Origin: Amphiscolops sp. MND2022
Taxonomy: Eukaryota
DNA: 64,000 bases
Assembly (NCBI GenBank): GCA_964187785.1
Contig: OZ076409.1
Span: 42,286,001-42,350,000 of the forward strand
Reading direction: 5' to 3'
A program made the translations under genes and the position numbers. The notes beneath the pieces are model-generated. The model did no database searches. It was given only the letters and a program-made list of their open reading frames with translations, and was not told the DNA's origin. Shown here piece by piece: positions 1 through 13,251 of the stretch. The first letter of the stretch is position 1. The number at the start of each line of letters is the position of its first letter.

Positions 1-2557
1 ATCAAAAGAAACTTCTATATGGATGACTTTGCCAAATCTGTGGCCACAGTGGAAGAAGCTCTGCATGTCTTTCAAGATGTGAGGACAACTCTTCGAAAGG
101 GAGGGTTTAATTTGCTGAAGTGGATTTGCAACAACGATGTGATCACGAGAAGTATTCCTGAGCAGGATAGATCGGAGGCAAAAAGCAAAACATTTGAAGC
201 AGAGCCTCACACTTCATCGCTTCTGGGCATGCAATGGAATGTGGACAATGACACTCTGGAAGTGTGTCGTGGTGCTGACAAGGAAGTACCCAACAAGATA
301 ACACAGCGGGCAGTGCTTTCCTTCGTGGCATCAGTGTTTGACCCGTTGGGACTCTTTGCACCATTCACAATGAGAATGCGCATCCTACTGAAAACGATTT
401 GGGCCAAGAGTGGACAACAGTGGGATGACAAAATTGAGGAAGAAGACGCACAGCAGTTCCTGGATTGGGTGAAAGAACTAGCGGAGTTGAAAAACATGCC
501 ATTGGAAAGACGATATTTTGACAAACGTTACAAGAAAATGGATTTGCATATTTTCTCAGATGCTTCTCTGGAATCAATGTGTACAGTGGCTGACCTGCGA
601 GCAGAAGATGATGATGGAGTGGAATTGTCATTCGTCATTGGGAAGTGCAGAATAGCCCCAATGAAGCAGCAGACGATCCCGAAGTTGGAGTTGCAGGCAG
701 CGCTCTACTCTGTGAGACTGAGGCAGTTGATCTCAGCAGACCACGACATCCAGATCCAGACAGTTACACACTGGACAGACTCTATGACGGTTCTCCAATG
801 GCTACACTCTGCACATAAAAGACAGCAGGTGTTCGTGGCCAACCGAGTCGGAGAAATATTGGATCAGTCTACTGTGGACGAATGGAGGCATGTGAAGGGC
901 ACAATGAACCCCGCAGACATTGGCAAAAGAGGGGTCACAGTGTCACAGTTGCTTGAAAGCGAATGGCTAAATGGGCCGGCCTGGCTTAGACAGAACCCAG
1001 GAAGCTGGCCAGAGCAAGCGAAGCTGGTGGATGAAAACGACTTTGTTTTGGTGACTAATCCAACGGAGAGCGTCATAGATTGGTCAAGGTTCAGTAAATA
1101 CAAGAGAATGATTAACGCGGTTGCTTACTGTCTTAGACTTAGATCAAAACAACGTGGCGTTGTGACAGCATTGGAGAGACAGAAGGTCGAGTTATTGATC
1201 TTGCAAATGGCTCAACGCGAAAGTTTTGCTGAATTATTAAGTAAACTTCAAGACAACAGTGATGAGAGAGTGAAGCATGACTTGGCAAAACTTTCCCCAT
1301 TTGTTAACAGTGACAACACAATACGGTTGAAGGGTCGATTGAGCAAAGCAACAATTAGTGATGATTTGAAACATCCAATTCTACTTTCAGCCAAGCATCC
1401 CGCAGTGGTTCTAATGTTGATACAAATGCATGAAGACAACCACCATGAGGGAACAGAGTATGTGAGATGCCTGGTTCAACAACGACTTTGGGTTATTGGA
1501 CTACGAAATGCTTTGCGCAGCATCAAATCTAAGTGTGTCAAATGCAGAAAGCAGGCAGTGCGACCGATTCACCCTCACATGGCTGATTTACCAAAGGAAC
1601 AAGTGGAGCGTAATGTATATCCTTTCAAGAACACTGAGGTAGATTACTTTGGCCCATTTGAAGTTACCGTTCTGCGTAGACCAGTGAAACACTGGTGTTG
1701 TTTATTTACATGTTTGGTCACTAGAGCGGCTCACTTAGAAGTGGTCAATGGCGTGGACATTGGTGCATGCATGATGGCGATCACTAGATTCATGGCTAGA
1801 CGTGGCAAACCCCAAACAATCATCAGTGATAATGGAACTAACTTTGTTGGAGCTGCTCGGGAATTTAGAGAGTGCCTCAATGAATGGGATCGTGATGCCC
1901 GGTGTAAGCGCCTGGCCAATTCATGAGTTATTTGGAAGTTCAATCCTCCTGGAGCTTTTTGGTGGAATTTGGGAGAGATTAGTACGTAGCTGCAAGAAAG
2001 CTATGTTCGCGATTCTTGGAAATCGACGACTGACTTTGCCCGTGTTGACAACTACAATGTGTTTGGTTGAGCAAACATTGAATGCCAGACCATTGACGCC
2101 TGTGAGTGACGATCCGGAAGATCTAGAAGCACTGACGCCGAATCACTTTCTGTTGGGACGACCTGTGCTGGCAGAACCGCTGATGCCAGATTCGGTCAGA
2201 TACGTGGACTGTCGCAAAATGTACAAAGTGGCTCAGTCATACAATCAGATGATCTGGAACAGATGGACGAAAGAGTACCTTCCGAAGTGGAATGTGCGAT
2301 CTAAATGGGCTACTGACGACGAACGTGTGCTGAAAGTTGGAGATCTGGTATGGCTGATTGACGACTCAGTTCGACGACATGAGAACAAGATGGCTCGAGT
2401 GACTGAGGTGTTCCCTGGAGCTGATGGCGTCATTCGATCAGCATTGATCAGGACGAGCGATGGAGTCCTTCGAAGACCCGCAGTAAAGTTGGCACCAGTC
2501 TTCTATGAGTGTTTTCGAGATGAAAACACGGCCGGCGATGTTGGCGCCAAACACTGA
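1..2557 (+). pseudogene. pol: BEL/Pao LTR retrotransposon pol, 3' part (end of RT, RNase H, integrase); 5'-truncated by the window edge and disrupted
   Basis: YMDD RT motif at 16-27. Pao-type motifs FDPLG, LHIFSDAS, TIPKLELQAA, WTDS, NPAD. Integrase HH..CxxC zinc finger, VDYFGP, SDNGTNF, GGIWERLV, LTPNHFL. In-frame TGA at 1924-1926 and a frameshift near 1956 split ORFs 19-1926 and 1802-2557. Confidence 0.95.
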
Positions 2558-2834
2558 AAAATCACTAAACTTGAAAAATTTTCACCTTCTTAGTTATTCA
2601 TAAAATTGGTCATTACTGCTATTATTGAGCCATAAGAGACCCCTATCAGTGCTGCTAATAAGATCCATGGGTATGTGTTGAAGACTTGTAATTCTACCTG
2701 TTAAATTACCCATGTGGCCCTTAGACCTATGTAAGCCTTGAAACAGTAATTCTCAAGGTCACGTAGAGATCAGCGATCTAGTTTTGCAGTGTCCCCGAAT
2801 CATTTTGGCTGGACTATCAACCCACCATGTTTCA
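2539..2834 (+). repeat. Probable start of the BEL/Pao 3' LTR (right end uncertain)
   Basis: TGTTGG follows a short purine/GC-rich tract at the end of the integrase ORF, the usual BEL arrangement. No partner LTR lies in the window, so the end coordinate is a guess. Confidence 0.35.
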
Positions 2835-5299
2835 GCCAAATCCCAGACAAAAAATTATTTTTTCTGGCCCTACGGCGCCGCTCCTCAGCTTAAACTCTAA
2901 CACACAGATAATTGTAACTTTTTGGTGGTTTTTGAGATACCTATAATCGATGTTGTTACTAAAGTGCTTTATACATGCTGTATATCTCCTAACGTGTGTT
3001 TTGGAATGTTTTGATTCACAACACAAAATTTGTAGTGTTGCGAAATAATCGTTATTTCGCCACAAAATTAGCATAATTCTCATATTTTAACAATATTTTC
3101 TATATCAAGTGCTGTTTTTTCATCCTCCTTCTTACTTTATTGATAAATTCAGTTCATTACTCTGTAAAGGTTATTCATGGTTCATTCACCTGATAGTTTC
3201 ACTTTGGTTTATATCTGAGCTTGGCAAAAATGTAAAGATTTCATGTGTTTTGTAGTCAAATTTGATGTATTACATCGCCTGATTTGACTTCCGGTGTCTT
3301 ATAAATGTCAAGATCGACTCAACCCACATATTGCGCGTGCTTCAGTTTAAGTTTTCCCAAATTTGGTGCCATATACCCTTCTGAAGCATCTTAATAATAT
3401 TTTTGATAAATACTTAAAGATTTATATTTTGAAACTATGTTCAATTTTGATGATTTTCCATTCATCTGTTGAAAAGTTCAATAATCATAAATTGAACCTC
3501 ACAGTCCTCAAACATAGTTCCCCCATGTGACTGGTGGTCATAAACGCCCTAATCCCACCTTTTATTCACGCTTTATAACTTTAGAAATGCGAATGATGTT
3601 ATTGTTTGTTATGCAAACAATGTGTTCTAATAGTTAGTGAGACGAATTCTGAATTACGCTAGTGAACAGTTGATTAATAACTTGAGATTCAAATCGTTCA
3701 ATTCTTCACAGTCGAGCGCTGAAGACAGAATCCAGTCATAAATGGGACTATTTTCACCAAGATTGTCTTGTTCGAAGAGGATTTGGAGATTGAAATTCTC
3801 AAAGTTAGAATAAGCTAGCTAGTGGAGCTATTTCAGACCAATTGGAATATACAGTCCTTTCAAATTCTAGAATCATGCTTTACTAGTGGAAAGCAGGACG
3901 GACCAAGGACCGGCACAAACTTGAATCCGTTGTTAAGATTTAAGTCAGCCGTTACAACTTGTATAATGACAATACAGCACAATCATTCCTGCTGTGGAAG
4001 CATAGTGACGAGTATGCGTCACTCGTTGAACCGCAGGATGCCGCATAGTAGCAAGACGTGGAATGACGAGTAGTCGTCAGGCATCAAAATGTAGGAGGCC
4101 GCATAGTGATTCCATTAAAGACGAATAATGACGAGTATGCAAGAGTGCTCAAACCTAATTTTACCACATAATGTTTAGCACAATTGGTTGTTAATCAAAA
4201 TTAGACTTGAAGAAAGTCATTGTTACGTAAAATATTAATCATTGGCGTGATTTTCAGCTCAATAGAACTAAGAATTGGGTTACCTAAGGTTTTAACTGCC
4301 ATCGCAAATTAAACTTATTTTAACTCAATTGTACAAAATGTTTACATGACGATATAAAGAAGACAAATAAAACAAACAATATATAGGTGTGTAGTTTCAC
4401 AGTTTGTGATGATGGCTGATCTGTTTGTCTTTAGTTATTGATGCACCACAGGTCCCACGCAACTCCTCGGTTGCGACATATAATGGTAAGAATAAAAAAA
4501 TATTAATTAGCAGGAAGTATATAATTAAGTTGTATGGATAGATGCTATCAAACAAAGGAAAAATGAATAAAAGAAGGATTGTCGAGCTTCATATCTCTTC
4601 TAGATGACAAATTGTCATTTATCTGGTGCCATGTTGGACATCATTAGGGGAGCCAAGTCAAGTAATGAGCCTCCAAGTGACAAAACCGGCACTGAACTAT
4701 GGCAAAAGTCATTGTCTAGAAAAGGAATGGTAATGAACATGCACAAAACGTGTAAGGAATGCCCATTTTTCAAATTATCTACATGGTCTGATTTACAGTG
4801 GTTAAAAATATTCATATATGCTTATATTTTCTGAACAAAATGTCACTGAAGATGATCTTTTCAACGATCGATTCAAAGCCTTCGGGAACTCAAATATACA
4901 ATATCAACTTTATTTCAGTTGTCTGCCACTTTTTCTCTGGTACATTTTTTCTGCCAATTCAGTGAAGTCTTGAGATTTTCCCAATTTTCCTGAAGGCTCA
5001 TTGATGCGGTGTTTTGTATTGCGTAAAGTTCCGATTGTTCCCAAGAGAAATTTTCTTTCTTGTTACTTTTTGACCCCACATTTTCAATGGGGAAGAAAAC
5101 CATGGTTCGTGATGCGTTTTTTCCAAACTTTGCCAAATTTTTTTAATCTCTTGGTGATTATAAAAGCTGCCATTTGGCTGTGTCTGAACTTGCATTCCAA
5201 TTGACGGGTGTCACCCACAGAATTCAACTCACATAAAATTAGCTTCGTGTGATATGTATTTGTAGAGATTTTTAGACTTTTTTGGGAATGACGAAAATG

Positions 5300-6080
5300 A
5301 CCCCGAAAATAACAATAATTCCAAAATTTTCCGATTTTTAACGTTTTTATGCAGTTTGTGTCAATTTTTCGATAGACATCGGGGATTAGAATGTTGAAAA
5401 CGTTCAACAAGGCAAGAGTTCGTTGTCCAATAGGCTTTAAGGAAAAGATAAATGCGTTTTTCGAAAAGAAAATGACCCCAAAATCAAAAAATACGAAATT
5501 TCTTGATTTTTGAAATTTTAATTCGAATTTTTTCAAATTTTCGACAGAGGTCGAGCATTAGGATTTTGAAAACGTTCAACGAGGCGCAAACTCATTGTCC
5601 GGTAGGCTTTTCCGAAGAGCTAATTGCGGTTTTCGCTTTGCAAAATATCTCAAATTGACAACGAAAGTTACAAAAAGACAAAATTTTACAACTTTCATAG
5701 TTTTCATGCAATTTTTGTCCATTTTTCGCCAGAATTTGTGGATTGAAATGTTGAAAAGGGTCAACAAGGAAAGAGGTTGTTGTCCAGTGGGCTTAGTGAA
5801 GAGAGAAATGCTTTTTTTGAAAACGAAAATGTTTCGGATTGACGACGAAGAATTCAAATTTTTCAAAATTGTCCAATTTTCACCATTTCTGTTCACTTTT
5901 TGTCCAATTTTCGCTAGACTTCGTGGATTAGAACGTTGAAAACGTTCAACAGGGCAAGAATTCGTAGTCAAATAGTGTTTAAAGAAGAGAAATTGCGTAT
6001 TTATGAAAAGAAAAAGGCCCAAAAAGCACAAAAAAATCCGGAATTTCTTGATTTTTAAAATTTTATTTCAATTTTTGTCA
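5300..6080. repeat. Diverged tandem repeat, period ~175-185 bp
   Basis: Core TTGAAAA(A)CGTTCAAC..GG.AAGA recurs at ~5394, ~5566, ~5751 and ~5937 with similar A/T-tract flanks. Confidence 0.7.
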
Positions 6081-6109
6081 AACGAAGTAAATTGAAGCTG
6101 CCAAGGTAG

Positions 6110-6500
6110 TAGATCTAAAATTACACGACGGTAATAGGATCTATAGGGAATAAGATAAAATTTTCAGGACCGGAATAAGATCTAAGGGAATAAGATCTAA
6201 ACTTTCAGGCCGGGAATAAAATCTAAAGGGAATAAGATCTGAAGAGAATAAGATCTAAAGGGTATAAGACCTAAAATTTCAGGACAGAAGATCTAAAAGG
6301 AATAAGATCTAAAGGGAATAAGATCTAAATTTTCGGGACCGGAATAAGATCTAAAGGGAATAAGATCTAAATTTTCAGGACCGGAATAAGATCTAAAGGG
6401 AATAAGATCTAATGGGAATAATATCTAAAATTTCAGGACGCGAATAAGATCTAAAGGTAATATTCCTTAATATCTTATTCTTTAGATCCTGTTCCCCCAT
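6110..6500. repeat. Array of GGAATAAGATCTAAA motifs (minisatellite or MITE-like)
   Basis: More than 12 copies of AATAAGATCTAA, often with TTTCAGGACCGG spacers, and two degenerate inverted copies at ~6470-6497. The same motif recurs twice at ~10207-10241. Confidence 0.8.
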
Positions 6501-6694
6501 TACAAATAGCTATGGCTCAGGTGGTGAAGGCGAAGAAGGGTGAAAATATCCCGGTGCTTACCGGGCGTCTTGTTGTTGAGTCAATCTTTGTTCCGAAATG
6601 TTTGTTCCATGTTGCCTAAGTATTGAAAGATACAAAATGTCTTCATGTCCTGCAGAGGAAAGGTGATTAATCTTCGGGGTTTCTATTAGGTGGT

Positions 6695-7715
6695 TGTCGG
6701 AACGGGTCTCATGTCCTATTGAGACCGTATTGAGATTGTTCCCTTCTCTATTGCTAGAGGAAATTTTCTCCGTGAGCGTCAGTACGAGATTTGTTAACTC
6801 TGTTATCTGCCTGTTCATCTCAGAGAACCTTTGATTCACAGACAATTGTTATGGACCATTTCTACTATGTAGTATGTTTCCGTCGTCGAATTCTCTAATC
6901 TGATCTCTGGTCAGTACTTCAGGAATGCTACTTTCGCTTTCAGCGTCGCTATACCTGTCTATTCCGTCCATATTCGTAGGTGTTTTCTTGATCGTCTTGG
7001 ATCTAGTATTGACCATAAATGAAGGTGCAAGAGTTTGAAGTTTTATTGGTTATTGTAGGTAATAAGTTGACAAATGTTGATGTTTAATATCAATATACTG
7101 ATGTAGTAAGCAACTGCACGTTTTAACTATCCAATTTTCTACTGGTGGTACTATATTGTCTGGTGTCAATTATGGCGACGTTGGTCACGTGACCACATCA
7201 ATCAATCATATTATTGCGTTCATTCACACCTGGGTTGGTAATTGCGCAATTTGAGTTTTGGTTTAACACTGCACTGGAATATAATGTACTTTCGTTACTA
7301 TGGTTACATGACTCACTAATTGGTATGTTCGCACAGCACTGCAATGTGGTTATGCTACCTACATCGTATGACTAGATGATTTTTTATATAAACGGTGGTT
7401 ACATGACTAACTGCATTGAATTGAAATCTGATGATGGCGTGTCAACTACATCATATAATGTGTCATGAAGGTGTTCTGGAAGGTACATGTAGCAAGTTTA
7501 TGATTATGGCTGCAGAATAGCAAAACTATTTGAAAAACTAAATATGAATGGTTTATGTGAAAGTTTTGAATTTCAGGTTTGACGATGCTGTTTGGTTAAC
7601 TACATTCTTTTCCTTCATCTATTCTCCCGTATCGTCTGTTGGTTTGTTTCGTTTTCTTGGATGTTGTGTAGTTAACCACATCTTTATTCGGTATTCTCAT
7701 GCATCAGGCATGACA
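6695..7715 (-). mobile_element. Solo LTR (Gypsy clade of elements A-C) carrying a Gag N-terminal ORF
   Basis: TG...CA termini, flanks GTGGT/GTTGT (5-bp TSD with one mismatch). Minus-strand ATG at 7016 gives MVNTRSKTIKK...RQITELTNLVLTLTEKISS...RSD up to the LTR end, with one internal TAA. Confidence 0.7.
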
Positions 7716-7949
7716 GTTGTCAGCTTGTAAGAGTTGCTTGTCGTTTGCTGTACGCGTGGGTTAAACCACGTGTTTATTAGGATGAGATCTTTTCACTGCT
7801 TCTAACCGTTTGCGTTATTTGCTGTCCTAATAATGGCTTCTGGTATTATTTTGCCAGTCGATGACACAGAAATTATGTCACCAGAGACAATGCATCTGAT
7901 GAGACTCTTTCCATTCATTTCAAAAAGAGTTCAATTTTCACTGCACAAC

Positions 7950-9500
7950 AAAAAGTTTCTACTGCCATACGTGATTATCACTTCACTTCTGTATATAGCC
8001 GTAGATGTTGTAGTTGAGGCTCTTAAGATCCGTTAGATTCTTCAACCTCTTTCTAAAGCAAATCTTTTCAAATTTACAGTAGTTTCCTTCATCCAATATC
8101 ATTGAGTTGAAATTTTTTGTCTTTCAAGTTGTATCAGTTCAATTTATGCCAAGGTGGACTGCCATGCAGCCACTGGAAACTTCGTCTTTACTTGTGCTAG
8201 ACCAATGATGTCGAGTAAACTTTGTACTTGATTAAGAAGTCCTTCGAGTTCAATAAGCTCCTCAGTTGTCTACATTGCACGATCAGAGCAGGAATTGTTC
8301 ATGGTTGCCCTTTTTCCGTGAAGGTTGGGATCTTTCTTTTCTACTCTTTGAATTTTGTCTCCTCTGACAAAAAGGAAGAATTTCCGGAAACCTCGACTTT
8401 TGGGTTAATGCTTTTTGCATAAAATCTGCTCTCCTTCTTTTTTCGGTTGATATTCTCAGACTTTCTAATTGATCTTGTTATACTCTAGTCTAGTGAAGTC
8501 GTCATCCTCAATTGTTTTGAATGTTATTCTCAGCTGTATACATGGTTCAATGTTGTCCTTCATCTCCAGTTTTCTGCCAAGTGTAGTGCAACTCTTGTCC
8601 TTTACCGCGTTCGTGTAAATTCTGGTGTAATAAATTCATCGAGCTCAGATCGTTCTCCATGCGGTCAACGGAATATGTAGTTTTACTTAAGTGATGAATT
8701 GTTATCTTATTCCGTACCTCTTCTGCCATTTTTTGTTCAATTGCAGCCTTAGTAATGATCTCCCGAGCAGTTTTGCAACTTTTGATTGCTGTTTTCAAAC
8801 AGCTGAGTCTTCAGTTGTTGCCGCTTGACTTGTAACTTTTGTGCAATTTATAAGGAGATAGAAATCATTCATGAAAGGTTTGTCCACATCAGTTTTCAAT
8901 TGGTTATTTTCCGACCCTCACAAACTTATTTGCGTAGAGGGAGGAAGACCGCCATGTGTGTTGCGTTTTCAACAAATCCACTTAGTGGTTTATTCCATAG
9001 TGAGTTAATGTAAAGTCATTACATTAACTCACTATGGAATAAACCACTAAGTGGATTTGTTGAAAACGCAACACACATGGCGGTCTTCCTCCCTCTACGC
9101 AAATAAGTTTGTGAGGGTCGGAAAATAACCGGAGGGTCGGAGTAATTACTAAGCTACTCAAGTGAAGTGGATAACTTAGTCATTACTTAGTCACGAGGGC
9201 CCAGTTGGTAAGCTTAGCCCTGGTGCTTAGCGAGAGTCTTGCTAATTCATTTGTCCTTTGGACTTCTTATGATAACTCGTTCACTTCGGAATTGCAGCTG
9301 TTAGATTCCGTGACTTTCTCTAACGGATCACCAAAACTCTTGTTGTATGTGACACGGACTCAAAAGTGAAATCTACAGCGGTAACTTGTGGTCAGAAGTC
9401 AATGCTGAAACCAAGTCCATCACCAAAACACGCGCCGATCACGCGCCTATTTGCATTGCTGTCAATCTAGCTTTAGTTCGTAGTCATGCGAAACATCAAA
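7950..9500 (-). pseudogene. Possible heavily decayed DNA-transposon (hAT-like) transposase remnant
   Basis: Short minus-strand peptides (GLGFSIDF..VTAVDF, HLSKTTYSVDRMENDLSSM, RILRASTTTSTAIYRSE) loosely recall hAT catalytic, RW and dimerisation motifs in the right order. Many stops; weak. Confidence 0.3.
8902..9130. repeat. Long inverted repeat, 112-bp arms with 5-bp spacer
   Basis: 8902-9013 is the reverse complement of 9019-9130; spacer AGTCA. Confidence 0.95.
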
Positions 9501-10407
9501 CGTTTCAACTTCAAAGAGACTGACTGGAAATGTGACTAGGAATTAATGGACTAGAATCTCAAAAAGGTTCTAAATAACAAATCCACAACAATATTTCGGA
9601 GCTGATTGCAATAGCATCCCCACAACCAACAACACACGGCTGTCGGTCCATGAAAACATGAAGTCTGTGAGTCACTTCAAATGTTCTAGTGCTCATATTT
9701 TTGATATGTTCAGTGTAGGTTCTATGTAAATATTGCACTGGCATTGCCTATTTTAATGCCTTTCACAACTCTCTGCTATCGCGGGGATTACACTATAAGG
9801 GGAGAACATCATATTCTAGGTTTCTTCGATTTTTATGCAATCCCTGGTGATTCAGTAGAACATGTGCAATGTAACTCTCGAGTAATTGTTTTTTTTTCAT
9901 TTCACAATGTTTGGAATTGTAACGGCAAGCAGTTATCGGTCGCTTAACGCGTTAACAGAGGTGGAGGAACCTACAGGAATGGGTGATTCGCTCGGGACAG
10001 GCGCCCATCGCCACAGATCCATTTTGCCTCCAGGGGTGAAATACGTCCCGGGGCCGCGGGTGCTTCGACGAATACTGTCCAACCGGTCCTAGTCTTTGAT
10101 TGCTGATAGTAACGGGCATCTTTCTGGCTCTCTAAAGACCACCGCTTAACTAGCATATAAAAACAATGCCAAGAATAAGGTAAATTTCCAGTTCCAGGGT
10201 GACATGTGAATAAGATCTAAAATTGGGGAATAAGATCTAAACTAGCGCTAGCGCTACTGAATACAGCCAAAATCACTGAAAATACATGAAAACAGGCACG
10301 AATATGGCAAACCACACAGCTAAAAAGCTGGGGCGCAGGGGCTCCAAGCACCAAACAAGGATCTTTAGGCGAAAAGACTCATTTTTACGGTTTCCGCTAC
10401 ATAGGGT

Positions 10408-10590
10408 AGCATAATGCTGAAAATCGATAAAACCGGTGTTAGCACCTCAAAAAGAGTCTATTTTCGGATGTTCTTGCCGTCTCTGGCTTCTGTCATGGCG
10501 GCGCGCCCGTGTTTTTGCTCGTTCTCGCTCTTTGTTGTCGAAGTACCTGCCAATTTCGTGGAAACAGCGAAAAGAGCAATCACATGCTCA
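10408..10590 (+). repeat. Dispersed repeat, homologous to 41198-41392 (inverted)
   Basis: Shared blocks TAGCATAATGCTGAA, GTGTTAGCACCT, AAAAAGAGTCT, ATGGCGGC, AAGTACCTG.CA.TTTCGT.GAAACAGCGAA. Confidence 0.8.
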
Positions 10591-11672
10591 GTGCCACGTC
10601 ACACATCGGATTAGAATTTTTGACAAAATTTCTGAACATGTCAAAGTTGCAAAATCGGTTGATATTGCTGTACCAGAGCTTGCCGTTACAAATTCTTCCA
10701 TCTGTTAGTCTCTGTTAGGCCAGATTGTTCGACTCGAAAAAGTTGATACTACATTATTTTCCGACAGTCGGCTGTTTGAGGTCATGATAGGGACTGAATC
10801 CGAATCAGCATTCAACAAAAAACTTATCACCGTTGTTGCTTTCGAAGAATTGTTCGCTGCACATGAAATTTTCAATCGCGTTATTCTTCGTCCAAGAAGT
10901 AATCCGTTCCGAACGACTAAAAAAATCATTTTTTGATTGTTTTACTGTCGAACCGACCTTCCTGTGTCCAACAAGGAAATGGGCAGAGTCGATGTTAGAA
11001 ACAGACGATGATGTTTCCCAAGTAAGTGCCCTATCACCCGTACTGTTTTATTATCCATCAAAAACTATTAAATTCTTTTCTCTTCAGGAGCAACTTCTCG
11101 TCAGACAAACAGCAGAGAAGTATGCGAAAAAACCTACTACACAAGCAATGCTTGGAAACTATCAGGAAGAAAACGACCTCAAACTGAATCCCTTGAAAAC
11201 AGAAAGGCGTTCTTTCCAACGACGTCACCAAAATGCTGCCGATAGTTTGCAAAACAATCGTAAAATAATGAAACAAACGTAACACGAATCCTAGTCACAT
11301 CGATGGTAAACGTGACAGAACTCTTCAATTCAAGACCCTTTGCGAAAACTTCCGCTCGAAAATGTTAGCAATCAAAAACCTTATCGTAGGCCTGCTTTCC
11401 GACAGTTTTTTGGGTGCCGATCCCAAAACACTCAGTACAACAGTTCTGAGTCTATACATGTCAGCTGCCGAGCATGTTATGTCTGGTATTAGTCTTCGCA
11501 TGGTAAACAAGTGGGTGAAGCAGTGAACGAAACAATGCGATACTAGTATAAATTTATAAAAGTGGCTGTTACCAGCCAATCTTTGTATCCAATGGAATTC
11601 GTTCAAATAAAGGTTTAGCTGTATTCTTTGCTGATTGCATGTCTTTCCATAGCTGTCTGACAGTATGAATCA

Positions 11673-11838
11673 GAAGATAAAGTTGCGAAATAGTTACCAG
11701 TGAAGTACCACAGATTGGCCACTAACATTTTAGCGGCAAATATTCACTAGTATCGCGATACTAATAAATATTTGCCGCTAAAATTTTAGTGGCCAATCTG
11801 TGGTACTTCACTGGTAACTATTTCGCAATTTTATCTTC
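11673..11838. repeat. Near-perfect 166-bp palindrome
   Basis: Symmetric about 11755/11756 (centre TAGTATCG|CGATACTA), with only a few mismatches. Confidence 0.93.
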
Positions 11839-13251
11839 ACAACTGTGATCAGGGTTGAATTGTTTGTAACACTTAAGACTCCGTAATTTCAATTCCATTT
11901 AACTTTAAGGTTCGTTTCTTTTGTTCACGAAAGGCTGCCCAAAATATTTTAGCTGTACGTGAAATCATTCTCTGTTGAATTAGACACTAGTAACGTTGCT
12001 AATATTGAAACTTGTATATACTAGTTTCAAGTTCCTAGATGCTGTTATCTGTAAAACACTAGTCACCATATTATGAAAAATGGAACACAATCGTAGTGTC
12101 ATGGTCTGCAAACGAGTGGAAACAATCACTCTAGGACTTTTCGATACTCTAGGAGTGTTTTGGTACTCTAGGACTTCCAAAAAATTACCTCACTTGGGTA
12201 AAGTTTTGCATTTTTGATGCCTTTAGCAGAGCAAAAGCGTACAATTAGCATAAAAAGTTTTCAGAAATAGGCGTTTTTCATAGTCTCATCAGAGCAATTT
12301 CTATTTGTCGGCACAAGGAGATTGATAAGAGTGTTAGGATTCTCCATAATTAAATCCGAGATATTTACCTCTTCCAACTTTGGCCGCTCGCAGTTAGTTT
12401 TTATGATGTTGAGAATACATCGCCCGATATCCTTGGCATTCAGTGTAATTTTTGTGATGAGCTTAGTGAATATCTCAAAAATTTACCTTGATTTCAGACG
12501 ACAGACACCATTTGGCAATATCACTGGCGTTGTTTTATTTTTCTCGCTGCGATTCGGCTGGGTGAACAAACCAAACCATGTGATTTTATTCATTTTTATT
12601 ATTTCTAAATGAAGCAAATTCTAACATTTCACACCGATTGTTTGAAGTGTCCTCAGGAAACGCTGAATCGATATAATGCTCATAATCTGATTAAAAAAGC
12701 GAGTAGGATCCAATTCCTGAGATTCCAAAACCTTTGCATATGCTTGAGATCTCTTAGAATGAAATCTAACGCAGGGGCTTTGAAAAATTATATTGAAAAA
12801 CACCTTAAAACACGCAATGACCTAAAATAGGGCCTTCTTGAGTAGCTTGAGTGGCATATTCGTAGCTGATGATACCCTTAGTTTAAATCGCTCTGCGATC
12901 TTCGTTGCCGCTATGTTTTTTCTGCTACTCGATCTCGTTTAGCCAAACGCTGAGGCTAGAGAAAAGGGAGCGTGAGCTAAAACTCAGAAAGGGTGCTACG
13001 GTGTCTTTTTACGGAAACTCTCGACGAAGCAAATAGCTCTTGGTTTTTGCGTATATTGGTTTTACTATTTTACCTCTCAGGGCAAAAGCCCTGAGTTATC
13101 AAGAGTTGACTGCTATCCAAAGGTAATAAGAACTGAACGCAAAAATCCTAAACTCTGGTACAGAACAACACCTGAAGTGGAAATGAAAAACCATTAAAAT
13201 CATAAAGTTCACTACAATCTTCGAAAGCGCCAAAAACTGTTTCCAATATTT

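Noticed and set aside
6110..6500. Repeat array as CRISPR
   Set aside because: Spacers are short and themselves repeated, there are no cas genes, and the context is eukaryotic.
10610..11640. Coding-like fragments as a host gene (also ~21500-21735 and ~40000-40520)
   Set aside because: Many stops and no recognisable domain; possibly decayed transposon or pseudogene sequence, but not callable by eye.
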